Of a stretch of 64,000 nt of DNA, positions 55,117 to 63,812 are shown piece by piece. The position numbers were made by a program, and so were the translations under genes. The number at the start of each line of letters is the position of its first letter. Position 1 is the first letter of the stretch. The DNA is from a virus: positions 1 through 64,000 of the IMG/VR virus record IMGVR_UViG_3300045243_000021. The stretch is one strand, 5' to 3'. The notes under the pieces are model-generated. The model worked only from the letters and a program-made list of their open reading frames with translations. It ran no database searches and was not told the DNA's origin.

Positions 55117-56108
55117 GCGCCACAAAACGGTCTCTCATTCTTGGCGTGGGCGGAATGGATGGAAGCCATCTCGCCGACCTGCTCCTTGGTCGCGGTCATG
55201 ACGTCCATGGCATGCACCGGCATTCTTCCGTGGACAACCTTGGCCGGATCGCCCACGTCCGCTCCTGCGTGACACTACACCGTGGTGACTTACTTGACCT
55301 GACGAGCATACGCCGGATTCTCCAGGACGTGCAACCTGACGAGTTGTTCAATGTCGCTGACCAAGACAACGTCGAGTGGTCCCATGCCCAGGTGGGGCTG
55401 TCCATGGACGTGACGGCTGGTGCCGTGGGCAAGCTCCTGGAGATAGTGCGGCAGACATGCCCCAAGGCGCGGGTCTTCCAACCGCTCTCCGTCACCATGT
55501 TCGGCATGATGCCGCCACCGCAGGGCAAGACCACCGCCTTTGACCCGCTATCCCCTTATGCCTGTGCCAAGGTGGCCAGTTTTTATCTGTGTCGCATGTA
55601 TCGCCGGGTGCATGGTCTGCACGTCGTTACGGGCGTGATGGCGAACCACGATAGCCCGCGACGGTCGGATGGGTATCTGTTGCAGAAGATCGCCCGCGGG
55701 GCCGTTGGGTGTGCCTGGGGACGGCAGAAGGAACTAAGGCTTGGGGCGCTGGCGGCACGGGTGGACGTGGGCTGTGCTCGTGAGTTCATGGAATGCGTCA
55801 TCAAGGCCATGGAGTACGACGAGGCCGACGATTGGATTATCGGCAGCGGAAAGGCCCACACCATCCAGGAGATTGCCAAGGCGGCGTTCGTGAAGGTGGG
55901 GCGGGACTGGCGGCATTTCGTGCGTGAGGATGCGACGTTACTTAGGCCGGGGCCGATGCCGCACTACTGCACGGACATAAGCGACACGCAGAAGCGGCTG
56001 GGCTGGCGTCCGCAGAAGGATTCGCTGGACGTGGTGCGGGAGTTGGTGAGCCATTTCGAGCGGCAAGTGAACCTGGAACATGGGCAGGCGTGGAGGGATC
56101 ACGGGTGA
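55113..56108 (+). CDS. gmd: GDP-mannose 4,6-dehydratase-like SDR
   Basis: LILGVGGMDGSHLA..LL, GDL.D, SPYACAK, NHDSPRR, LG.L...VD.G. Confidence 0.75.
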   Translation: MSATKRSLILGVGGMDGSHLADLLLGRGHDVHGMHRHSSVDNLGRIAHVRSCVTLHRGDLLDLTSIRRILQDVQPDELFNVADQDNVEWSHAQVGLSMDVTAGAVGKLLEIVRQTCPKARVFQPLSVTMFGMMPPPQGKTTAFDPLSPYACAKVASFYLCRMYRRVHGLHVVTGVMANHDSPRRSDGYLLQKIARGAVGCAWGRQKELRLGALAARVDVGCAREFMECVIKAMEYDEADDWIIGSGKAHTIQEIAKAAFVKVGRDWRHFVREDATLLRPGPMPHYCTDISDTQKRLGWRPQKDSLDVVRELVSHFERQVNLEHGQAWRDHG

Positions 56109-57106
56109 AAGTAGGCACGTTTGCTTATCCGACGTCGCGCGGCCTAGGACATTTGGCAAAGGATTTCGCCGATCATGGTATTACGACCGATACGCTTGTT
56201 GTTGAGCATGCGTCTATCCCGAGCAATGCCGACTGGTATCCAAGTGCTCCCCGAACGAATGCAAGACGCCTTGACCGCAATCTAATGTTCGACTTCTGCC
56301 GTGGCAAAGACGCAATGTTGTTTTTTGAAACGCCATTTCTTTGGGACGTGATACCGCATTGCGCGGCAATCGGCGTTCGCACCTATTTACTCGTGATGCA
56401 TGAATGCACTCCGGCTGTTCACTCGCCACCGCATCGTTACCTCTGCCCTTCCTCGCTCGACATGCACTATTTCAAGGACCACGATGCCGTCTTTCTCCAG
56501 CTGCCCGTTGATCCGCAGAAGGTGCCATGGCGACAGCGAGAGAAGGCGGAACTCTACGTCCACCACGGCGGGTATCTCGGGCTCAGGGGCCGCGAAGGGA
56601 CAGCGCTGCTGATCGATGCCATGCGTTACGTAAAGAGTCCATTGAAGCTTCAGATACGGGTACAGGAAAACGTCGATGCCACACGGCAACGGCAGATGGC
56701 CCAGGATGCGCGTATCGAGTACCTCCCGCAAACGATTCCTTTTGCTGAACTATGGCAGGACGGCGACGTTTACGTTGCCCCGCAGAAATTCAATGGCTGC
56801 TCGCTTCCCCTTCAGGAAGCCTATGCTTCGGGCATGCTGGTCATGACCACCGACCGCTTTCCCATGAATACCTGGCTACCGCGTGAGCCGATGATTCCCA
56901 CCAAGGGCATACTGAAAGACGTACAGGTCGGCGGACCTTACCTGCCGTTCGACGAGTCGGTCATTGATCCTGAGGACATCGCCAGGACGATGGATGCGTG
57001 GCACGAACGGGATATTGCCGAGTGGTCAAGGCGTGGGCGGGCGTGGGCGGAAGCGAACTCGTGGGAGCAACTCAAGCCGCTGTGGATGGAGCAACTGAGT
57101 AAGTAA
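56105..57106 (+). CDS. GT-B (GT4-like) glycosyltransferase
   Basis: DVYVAP.KF.GCSLPLQEAYASGM.V.TTD..PMN. Confidence 0.8.
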   Translation: MKVGTFAYPTSRGLGHLAKDFADHGITTDTLVVEHASIPSNADWYPSAPRTNARRLDRNLMFDFCRGKDAMLFFETPFLWDVIPHCAAIGVRTYLLVMHECTPAVHSPPHRYLCPSSLDMHYFKDHDAVFLQLPVDPQKVPWRQREKAELYVHHGGYLGLRGREGTALLIDAMRYVKSPLKLQIRVQENVDATRQRQMAQDARIEYLPQTIPFAELWQDGDVYVAPQKFNGCSLPLQEAYASGMLVMTTDRFPMNTWLPREPMIPTKGILKDVQVGGPYLPFDESVIDPEDIARTMDAWHERDIAEWSRRGRAWAEANSWEQLKPLWMEQLSK

Positions 57107-57765
57107 TGGGCATTTGGGACCGTGATCTGACGGGCGCGAAACGTCAGCGACCAACGATGGACGAGGTTTATTCGCCGGGGCAGGTGAAGGTGCTCTGGCC
57201 GTTTCTGCGTCGTGACCCGTCGTGGTTTGTCCTGGGCGGCCCAGCCAACGGCGACGAGGCACAATGCTTCGCGCTTCGTTATCCGACCGATTGCCGCATA
57301 CTTGGCATCGAGCCATCGCTACGCATGCGCCGCCATCAACTGGAGCACAACTTCCCTGGCACGCTCATTGCCGCTGGCCTGGACAAACACGTCGGCGTAC
57401 GTCCGCTCCATTCGCCAGCGGGAGCGGAGAACTGTAGCTCGATGGTCCGCGATTGCGGCGGGGACGTGCATGAGGTGCCCACGACTACTCTCGATGCGAT
57501 AGACGCCGACTATCATTTTGCCAACGCCGTCCTGTGGCTGGACATCGAGGGCATGGAGTTGCCGGCGTTGCGTGGGGCGTCAGCGTGCTTGCGACGTGGT
57601 GCGTTTGAGCTGATCAACGTCGAGATACTGGTCGATGAACGGCCCGACGACCTGACCGGTATTGCCGACTTGCTGACGACGGCGGGTATGGAGTTGGTCC
57701 ACGAATGGGACTGGCAAATGGCATGGCGTAACCAGATTTGGCGGCTGAAGGAGCAACCGACGTGA
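57106..57765 (+). CDS. FkbM-family methyltransferase
   Basis: GIEP, VPTTTLD, LWLDIEGME..ALRGA. Confidence 0.8.
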   Translation: MGIWDRDLTGAKRQRPTMDEVYSPGQVKVLWPFLRRDPSWFVLGGPANGDEAQCFALRYPTDCRILGIEPSLRMRRHQLEHNFPGTLIAAGLDKHVGVRPLHSPAGAENCSSMVRDCGGDVHEVPTTTLDAIDADYHFANAVLWLDIEGMELPALRGASACLRRGAFELINVEILVDERPDDLTGIADLLTTAGMELVHEWDWQMAWRNQIWRLKEQPT

Positions 57766-58742
57766 AAATCCTCTTCGTAGCCAAGCACGGCAACCACGAC
57801 AACGCCGACGAAGACGCAGTATCGTTTGCTTTGGAGCAACTCGGCCACACCGTCATTCGCGTGCAAGAGTACCGGCGACTGCGCGAAGATTCGCGGCCGA
57901 TAGAGGAGTGGATCGATACCGTCGAGGCCGACTTGTGCCTTTGCTTTAAGTGGGAAACTGTGTCCGAGATGATCGAAGTGGCGCAACGCATGCCTCTTTG
58001 TTTCTGGTATTTCGACCTCGTGTCATCCGAGTGTCCAACGCTAGCCGCTCGCATGCAAACGCGGCGCAACTGGATGCGTGACGTTGTGCCTAATTGCAAG
58101 GTCGGCTTCTGTACGGACGGGGATTGGGTGGAGAGCTTCAACGTCGAGCATTACGAGCGTGTGGCCGGTCCACTGGGATTGCGTCGCACGGAATGCCATG
58201 ACGCCTTGGTTCATCTCATGCAAGGCGCTGATGAACGTGTCGCTGGCTTCGGCGAACGCAACACGTCCTGTCCGCCCATCATCTTCACGGGCATGATTCA
58301 CCACGGAGCCAGGCGAGCGGAGCACGTTAGCCACTTGCAAGCGAAGTGGGGCGACCGCTTCGCCGTCATCGGCAACCGTGGACCACTCGGGCGGCGGCAT
58401 GGCCGTGAATTGGCCGACCTGTTTGCCAGCACATCCATTGTCGTGGCACCGGATGGGCCGGTAACTGACTCATACTGGTCGAACAGGCTTTGGCTTTCTT
58501 TGAGTCTTGGTGCGTTTCTCCTTCACCCTTATTGCGCGAAGATAGCCGACTATTACCGCATCGGTGAAGAGGTGATTTGCTACCGCTCGCGGGAAGAACT
58601 GGACGACCTGATCGGCTACTACCTGGATCGTCCGCAGAAGCGCGAAGAGATTCGCATGGCGGGATTCAAGGCGACGATTGATCGCAACCTTTACAGGCAT
58701 CGTGTTGCCGAACTCATCGCGGAAGTGGAGAGACGATTATGA
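57762..58742 (+). CDS. CgeB-like GT-B glycosyltransferase
   Basis: FWYFD, IFTG, YWSNR....L..GAFLLHP, YYL.....REEI...G......Y.HR. Confidence 0.8.
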   Translation: MKILFVAKHGNHDNADEDAVSFALEQLGHTVIRVQEYRRLREDSRPIEEWIDTVEADLCLCFKWETVSEMIEVAQRMPLCFWYFDLVSSECPTLAARMQTRRNWMRDVVPNCKVGFCTDGDWVESFNVEHYERVAGPLGLRRTECHDALVHLMQGADERVAGFGERNTSCPPIIFTGMIHHGARRAEHVSHLQAKWGDRFAVIGNRGPLGRRHGRELADLFASTSIVVAPDGPVTDSYWSNRLWLSLSLGAFLLHPYCAKIADYYRIGEEVICYRSREELDDLIGYYLDRPQKREEIRMAGFKATIDRNLYRHRVAELIAEVERRL

Positions 58743-59002
58743 GCGTTGACATTCGCAAAGGCGAGCACATGCCACCAGATGTCATGGAGCCCATTTCGCC
58801 AGGTCATCTCGGCAGTATGCCAAGTGTGCCATTCGAGATTGCGCCCAACGACTGGCATGAGAATGGAGTTCCGTATGGAGCGTGGTGCAAGTGCCAAACG
58901 TGTGGAGTCGTTGGCCGAAGCACGATGGCATTCGACTTCTACACGAGCGGTCCAGGAATGCCATACGATTGCGAAGATTGCGCACAGAAGAAACTAAAAT
59001 GA
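58739..59002 (+). CDS. small Zn-ribbon protein
   Basis: CKCQTC and CEDC; ATGA overlap at its start. Confidence 0.5.
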   Translation: MSVDIRKGEHMPPDVMEPISPGHLGSMPSVPFEIAPNDWHENGVPYGAWCKCQTCGVVGRSTMAFDFYTSGPGMPYDCEDCAQKKLK

Positions 59003-59475
59003 GCAATCCGATCAGCGATCGCAACTGGTGGCGCAATCGCCTGCACGAGTGCCGGGGCGAACTGCACCGCTCTATCTGCGAGTGCTCGATTGATCGCTGG
59101 CTGGAGATGCAGGCCGAACACCAGCGGACACTGGCCAAGGAAATCCGACCTACCGACGTCATTCTGGACGTGGGCTGTGCATGGGGGCGGATCGTCGGAC
59201 TCTTGCCCTGCACGTTCAAGGGTATGTACGTTGGCGTCGATTCGTCGCCCGAGATGATAACGCTGGCCCAAATGCTCAACCCGCCCTGGTGTACGTTCTA
59301 CGTCCAGGACGTGCGGTGCATGACATTCGATCCTGGGACGTTCACCGTGGCCATAGCTTGCGGCATGCGAGGCATGTTCCAGCGGAACCGCATGGGAGAC
59401 GCATGGCTGGCCGTTCAGAACGAGATGAACCGGGTGGCGATGCGGCAACTGGTGCTGCCCATGCTGGATGAGTGA
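58999..59475 (+). CDS. class I SAM-dependent methyltransferase
   Basis: ILDVGCAWGR, YVGVDSSPEMI. Confidence 0.85.
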   Translation: MSNPISDRNWWRNRLHECRGELHRSICECSIDRWLEMQAEHQRTLAKEIRPTDVILDVGCAWGRIVGLLPCTFKGMYVGVDSSPEMITLAQMLNPPWCTFYVQDVRCMTFDPGTFTVAIACGMRGMFQRNRMGDAWLAVQNEMNRVAMRQLVLPMLDE

Positions 59476-59869
59476 GACAATGACCAAGCAAATCCATGAT
59501 GCCGATGGCATGCTGTTGGCCGTGCTCGTGCAAGGGCCATGGGATGCGGGCGTGACGTTCCACACGCTGGGAACCATGCCGCTGCAACTGGCGACGATGG
59601 AGCGGAAGGCGGGTGAGCACGTCAAGGCCCACACGCACCGCCCGGAGTTGCGGACCATCGACGTGACGGCGGAAGTGCTGCTCATCCGCAAGGGGCGGGT
59701 ATCGGTGCAGATATTCGACAACGCCAAGCGGCTTTGTGCCGACGTCACGCTGCGAGCCAACGACGGGCTTCTGCTGGTGGCGGGCGGGCATGCCATGACG
59801 GTGCTTGAGGACACGCAGTTAGCCGAAATCAAACAAGGCCCATTCCAGGACGACAAGGTGCCATTGTGA
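59468..59869 (+). CDS. cupin-fold protein of sugar clusters
   Basis: AHTH, E.L.IRKG.V, GGH, EIKQGP. Confidence 0.75.
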   Translation: MSETMTKQIHDADGMLLAVLVQGPWDAGVTFHTLGTMPLQLATMERKAGEHVKAHTHRPELRTIDVTAEVLLIRKGRVSVQIFDNAKRLCADVTLRANDGLLLVAGGHAMTVLEDTQLAEIKQGPFQDDKVPL

Positions 59870-59886
59870 TGCAAGCGTACGAACAG

Positions 59887-60153
59887 CTATCGGGCCGCTG
59901 GGGTCGTCAGTGCTTTCTCCAGCGTCCATCGTCTAAGTCTGAACGCCAGCGTCTTTGGGCATACGCCAAGAGTGCGAGCCCAATCGGTAATAGTTCGCGA
60001 CGCCCCCCTGAAAGTAATCACTCTATTCGTGCGTTTGTTTCGATCTTGAGTATGACGTTGAGCCCAAATGCAGTTGCTCGGCAAGACGGTCAATTCCCCA
60101 AATACCTGACCGTTGAGATTGCGGCGCAAACGTATTATCGTAGTCTGAGGCAT
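59887..60153 (-). pseudogene. internally deleted HNH-type homing endonuclease remnant
   Basis: NLNGQVFGELTV joined directly to PSNCIWA...Q.RNKRTN..ITF.G...TITDWA; own AGGAGG RBS. Confidence 0.65.
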
Positions 60154-60242
60154 GCTATGGCCCTCCTACGGCCAAAGTGTGTTTGGACGCCATGTAGCCG
60201 AAATCTGCATGGCGTTCTTTATTTTACGGGGCAGTAGTAAAC

Positions 60243-61220
60243 ATGGAAGCATATGAGCAGCTTGAATTTGAATTCGCTGAATGGAACGGCCTTGATCCTA
60301 GTGGCATGGTGGCCTGCAACTCGGGCACCAGTGCGATCCACCTGGCGCTCGAGGCAATGCGGCTGCCGGCTGGCTCTGAGGTCGTTACTCCGGATTTTGG
60401 AATGATTGCGTGTCCGCGGGCCGTGACGCTGGCGGGCATGGTGCCGGTGTTTGTGGATTGCGATGAGCAACTGTTGCTCGACAAAGATGAGTTTGCACGT
60501 CAAAGAAACTCAACCCCTGAAGTTGTTATGACCGTTCACGTACATGGCCGACAAATTCACGAAGACGTGTTCTACCATGCAGGCCAATATAACTGGTACG
60601 TCATCGAAGACCTTGCCGAAGCCCACGGCATCCGCCCGCACTCCAACACCGACGCCGCTTGCTGGTCATTCCAAAGCTCCAAGGTCATCCACGCCGAAGA
60701 AGGCGGGGCCGCCTGGTTCCGCGACAAGGACGCCGCCAAGCTGGCCCGCAGCCTGCGGACGATGGGGTTTACGGAAGAATGGGATTACATGCACCTGAGA
60801 GGCGGGATTAACGGCCGCATGAGCAACGCCCACGCCACGATGATTCTCGATTCGCTCCACGCCTTCGACGCGAACATGCTGAAACGCCGGGCCATGGAAG
60901 CCGCCTACAACGCGCACTGTCCCAACGAATGGCGCATGCCCGAGCGTGCCAGCCCGTGGATATACGACGCGAGAATACCTGGCCTGACTGCCGACCGCCA
61001 GCGTAGCATCATCCGTGAATTGCAGGCACAGGGCGTGCCGGCCCGTTTCCCGTTTCGCCCGATGCACGTTCAGGAGGAGTACGAGGATTGCCGGCGCGTG
61101 GGCGGAGAGATTGCCGAGCGGATGAGCCGGGAACTGATTTGCCTGCCGTTGTCGCCGGAGCGAACGACAGCGGCGATGCCGGAGAAGGCGTTCAGGATTA
61201 TCCGAGCGATGACGGATTGA
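60243..61220 (+). CDS. DegT/DnrJ/EryC1/StrS sugar aminotransferase
   Basis: NSGTSAIHLAL, PVFVD, IEDLAEAHG, SFQSSK...EEGG, NGRMSN. Confidence 0.9.
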   Translation: MEAYEQLEFEFAEWNGLDPSGMVACNSGTSAIHLALEAMRLPAGSEVVTPDFGMIACPRAVTLAGMVPVFVDCDEQLLLDKDEFARQRNSTPEVVMTVHVHGRQIHEDVFYHAGQYNWYVIEDLAEAHGIRPHSNTDAACWSFQSSKVIHAEEGGAAWFRDKDAAKLARSLRTMGFTEEWDYMHLRGGINGRMSNAHATMILDSLHAFDANMLKRRAMEAAYNAHCPNEWRMPERASPWIYDARIPGLTADRQRSIIRELQAQGVPARFPFRPMHVQEEYEDCRRVGGEIAERMSRELICLPLSPERTTAAMPEKAFRIIRAMTD

Positions 61221-61357
61221 CGCCGCGTCCTCCCCGGTCGGGACTGGGTTGCTCCCCCGATGACAGGGGAGGCGCGGCTACCCGTCATACTACGACCCGC
61301 CTTCGGCAGCTGACGCCGCGGCGGCGGGAAATGCTCAACTTTGGCTGTTTTCAGCTA

Positions 61358-61386
61358 TTGCATTGATAGCATCTGTACAGTACCAT
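61358..61386 (+). promoter_or_regulatory. sigma70-like promoter pointing toward attP
   Basis: TTGCAT-N17-TACCAT. Confidence 0.45.
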
Positions 61387-61510
61387 TCTTTTTAGCCTGG
61401 CCGCCTAGCCGAGCGAATCGCGCCGCCCACCGGGCCGGTTGATCCAGGCAGGAATGGATTGTTTGGCCCTCCCGCGCTGGTAGAATACGCGGACGGAAGG
61501 GGGCAAGGAA

Positions 61511-61852
61511 GTGGCCAGTGCTGCACGGGTACCCCAGTATCTAATTCAACTCGCTGAACGCAACACCCGACTCCTTGAACGCATGGCCGAAATTGAATTG
61601 GCCGCGGCTTCCGGTACGCGCCCACCACTCCGCTCGCGGGAACGTCGCATCATCGCGGCTATCGGTGCTCAGGCCCTTGTCGCCAAGCAAATCGCTAAAC
61701 TCATCGACGTGGAGTTCAACAAAGGCTTGCAAGCGGTGCTGGCCGATATGGTACGTTGGGGACTGCTCACGCATGACGCTGAAGGGTATCGGGTGGGCGA
61801 AGGGTGGGCGGGGACGGTGGTAGAGGACGAGGCTGAAGACGATGCCACCTGA
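61511..61852 (+). CDS. winged-helix DNA-binding protein
   Basis: L...E..II.AI......AKQIAK.I........VLADMVRWGLL....GY. Confidence 0.55.
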   Translation: MASAARVPQYLIQLAERNTRLLERMAEIELAAASGTRPPLRSRERRIIAAIGAQALVAKQIAKLIDVEFNKGLQAVLADMVRWGLLTHDAEGYRVGEGWAGTVVEDEAEDDAT

Positions 61853-62000
61853 GTGCCACCTATCTCCGGCGGACAGAACCAGCAAAAACCCCTAGAAAAC
61901 AAGGGGGGACCGTAGCTCAACGGTCAGAGCAGGGGACTCATAAGACTTTGGCAAGTTAAGCAATCAGCCTGAAACAAGCCTGCCAGTGAAAGTGCCACCT
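61843..62000. other. attP region with arm-type repeats
   Basis: TGCCACCT at 61843, 61854 and 61993 flanking the tRNA fragment, next to the integrase. Confidence 0.7.
61906..61943 (+). tRNA. 5' half of tRNA-CAT (Ile2/Met), attP core; not a complete tRNA
   Basis: GGGACCG TA GCTC AACGGTCA GAGC A GGGGA CTCATAA; no 3' anticodon stem or T arm follows. Confidence 0.8.
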
Positions 62001-62031
62001 AAAAACTCACCAAAAAGGAGAGCCACGACCA

Positions 62032-62601
62032 ATGAAAGCGTGGGTAGCGAGGCGCAAAGGTACGCAGCTTTGGTGTGCTTACTGGAACGACCTGGATGGT
62101 AAGCGACGGCAGAAAGCATTTCGGGATGAGGCCGATGCGATTGCTTTTGCCAAAACCATTGACCGTGATCTTATCCACAACACTTACAGCGTCGTCAGCC
62201 GAAACGAATTTGCTATTCGTCCAATTGGGTTTGAAGCTTATCGCCAGTTCGCGGCGAAGGCCGTGTATTTCATCGAGGCTGTGGGGCTGGAGCGAGTCAA
62301 GATTGGCTATACAGAGGCGCTAGTAAGCAGGCTGGCTCATCTTCAAATATCGTCGCCAGTGCGACTTCGCGTTCTAGCGGTGGTGAAGGGCAACCGAGAA
62401 CTAGAAGCGAAGTTCCACAGTCGTTTTGCTGCACTTCGTTTGCACGGCGAGTGGTTCCAAATGGGCAAGGCGATACGGAAGCTTATTGATTACCTGCAAC
62501 GGCACGAACAGGTAACGAAGGCTCTGTTGGACAGGACGAAAGAACTGTCGGTGGAACAAACAACCTCCCCATCAACTCCTGCTGCTCAGCCAACGGGTTG
62601 A
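62032..62601 (+). CDS. integrase arm-binding-like domain fused to a GIY-YIG (T5orf172-type) domain
   Basis: N-terminus nearly identical to the integrase N-terminus; VYFI..VKIGYT..RL..LQ.SSP...E..FH.RF...RLHGEWF. Confidence 0.75.
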   Translation: MKAWVARRKGTQLWCAYWNDLDGKRRQKAFRDEADAIAFAKTIDRDLIHNTYSVVSRNEFAIRPIGFEAYRQFAAKAVYFIEAVGLERVKIGYTEALVSRLAHLQISSPVRLRVLAVVKGNRELEAKFHSRFAALRLHGEWFQMGKAIRKLIDYLQRHEQVTKALLDRTKELSVEQTTSPSTPAAQPTG

Positions 62602-63589
62602 CGTAATACCGCATCGTCGTTTCGATGCTCTCGTGTCGCATCAAGAGCTTGAGGCCCGAGGCACTGATCCGTGGGGCATTCATCGTCCCGAATGCCTTCC
62701 GGATGGCATGAAAACCATACTGGCGGCCAATGCCTGCCCGGTCCTGGATGGCGTGCCATTCGTCGTACAGGTACTCTTGGCACTCGTCCCACGCAAAGAA
62801 CCGCTCTGAGAAGCCGCGTAGCCTTTGCATATGCTCAACAGCGACAGGTAGTAGGCCGATAATTGCGTCCTGCTTGCCCTTGGTGTGTCGAATGATGGCA
62901 AAGCTCTTGTCCAGGTCAACGTCATCGCGGCGCAAGTTCAGTAGTTCCCCGATCCGCAAGCCGGTGACGTAGGCCGTCATGATGAGGGCCTGCCACCATT
63001 CGCAGGCGGTGTAGCCCGTGCTCTCGGGCCGTTTGGCGTGACGACATGCTTGGTAGATTGCGGCAAAATGTTCCGGCAGCATGTAATCGGGCAGCTTCTT
63101 GTCGCCTTTGAGGAATCGGAACTTTGGCAGCTTGGGCAGGTATTCCCAATCCGCGGCGACTTGGAGCACGGCCCGTAGATGACGCAGGTACTTGTTGACG
63201 GTGGGCAGTTCCATGCGAGAGCCCGGCTGCTTCCCACGCTCCTGAACTAACGCCGCGATGAACTTGGCTATCGTTTCGGACGTGATATTGCACACCTTGC
63301 CGGGTCGGATGAGCTTTTCAAATCTGTCGAGAGCGTTGCGCGTAACTCGGGCAGTCGAACCAATTGCCAATGACGTTTCGTGGTACTTGCGGCGGAACTC
63401 CTGCCAAGTAGCAGTGCCGTTGGTGGACTGGATGCCCAAGAGCAGTTCAGCATCTTTCTTTTTTCGGAACGTCATCGCTAAACCATGGGCGTAGTCGTCC
63501 GATCCGAACGACTTCTGCCGTCGCTTGCCGTCCGTGTCATTCCAGTAGCAAACCCACGTCGTACCACGCCGGGCAATCCATGCCTTCAT
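62483..63589 (-). CDS. int: tyrosine integrase
   Basis: TGLRIGELL.L, TKG, FHAIRK, LMRHESIETT.RYY; GGAGG RBS before ATG 63589. Confidence 0.92.
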   Translation of the reverse strand: MKAWIARRGTTWVCYWNDTDGKRRQKSFGSDDYAHGLAMTFRKKKDAELLLGIQSTNGTATWQEFRRKYHETSLAIGSTARVTRNALDRFEKLIRPGKVCNITSETIAKFIAALVQERGKQPGSRMELPTVNKYLRHLRAVLQVAADWEYLPKLPKFRFLKGDKKLPDYMLPEHFAAIYQACRHAKRPESTGYTACEWWQALIMTAYVTGLRIGELLNLRRDDVDLDKSFAIIRHTKGKQDAIIGLLPVAVEHMQRLRGFSERFFAWDECQEYLYDEWHAIQDRAGIGRQYGFHAIRKAFGTMNAPRISASGLKLLMRHESIETTMRYYVNPLAEQQELMGRLFVPPTVLSSCPTEPSLPVRAVAGNQ

Positions 63590-63812
63590 GACGGCCTCCG
63601 TGCCGAACGCATCGCAAACAGCACGGCTAATCATCTTGCGTATTTTGCGGCATGCAAGGTTGGTTTTGCGCATGCCAGCCAGTTGACCTTGACAGGCCAA
63701 GTGGCGGCACCAACTGAACGGCAACTAGACTTCTAGCTGGTACCCAACCGCCCCCACGTCGGCAAGAATCACCCTCACGCCGATGGCGGCGGCTCTTTGG
63801 AAAGGTGGGGAG

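Noticed and set aside
59866-60237. 123-aa plus-strand ORF as a real gene
   Set aside because: Only the first codons resemble the aminotransferase start; the rest is antisense to the HNH remnant
50429-61220. Host chromosomal LPS/capsule locus flanking a prophage
   Set aside because: Genes are coupled to tail genes, lack wzx/wzy/ABC export genes, and attP is intact downstream
61906-61980. Complete phage tRNA gene
   Set aside because: No 3' anticodon stem, T-loop or acceptor 3' strand after the anticodon loop
63590-63724. N-terminal extension of the integrase in the ORF track
   Set aside because: GGAGG RBS and the paralogous N-terminus at 62032 place the start at 63589
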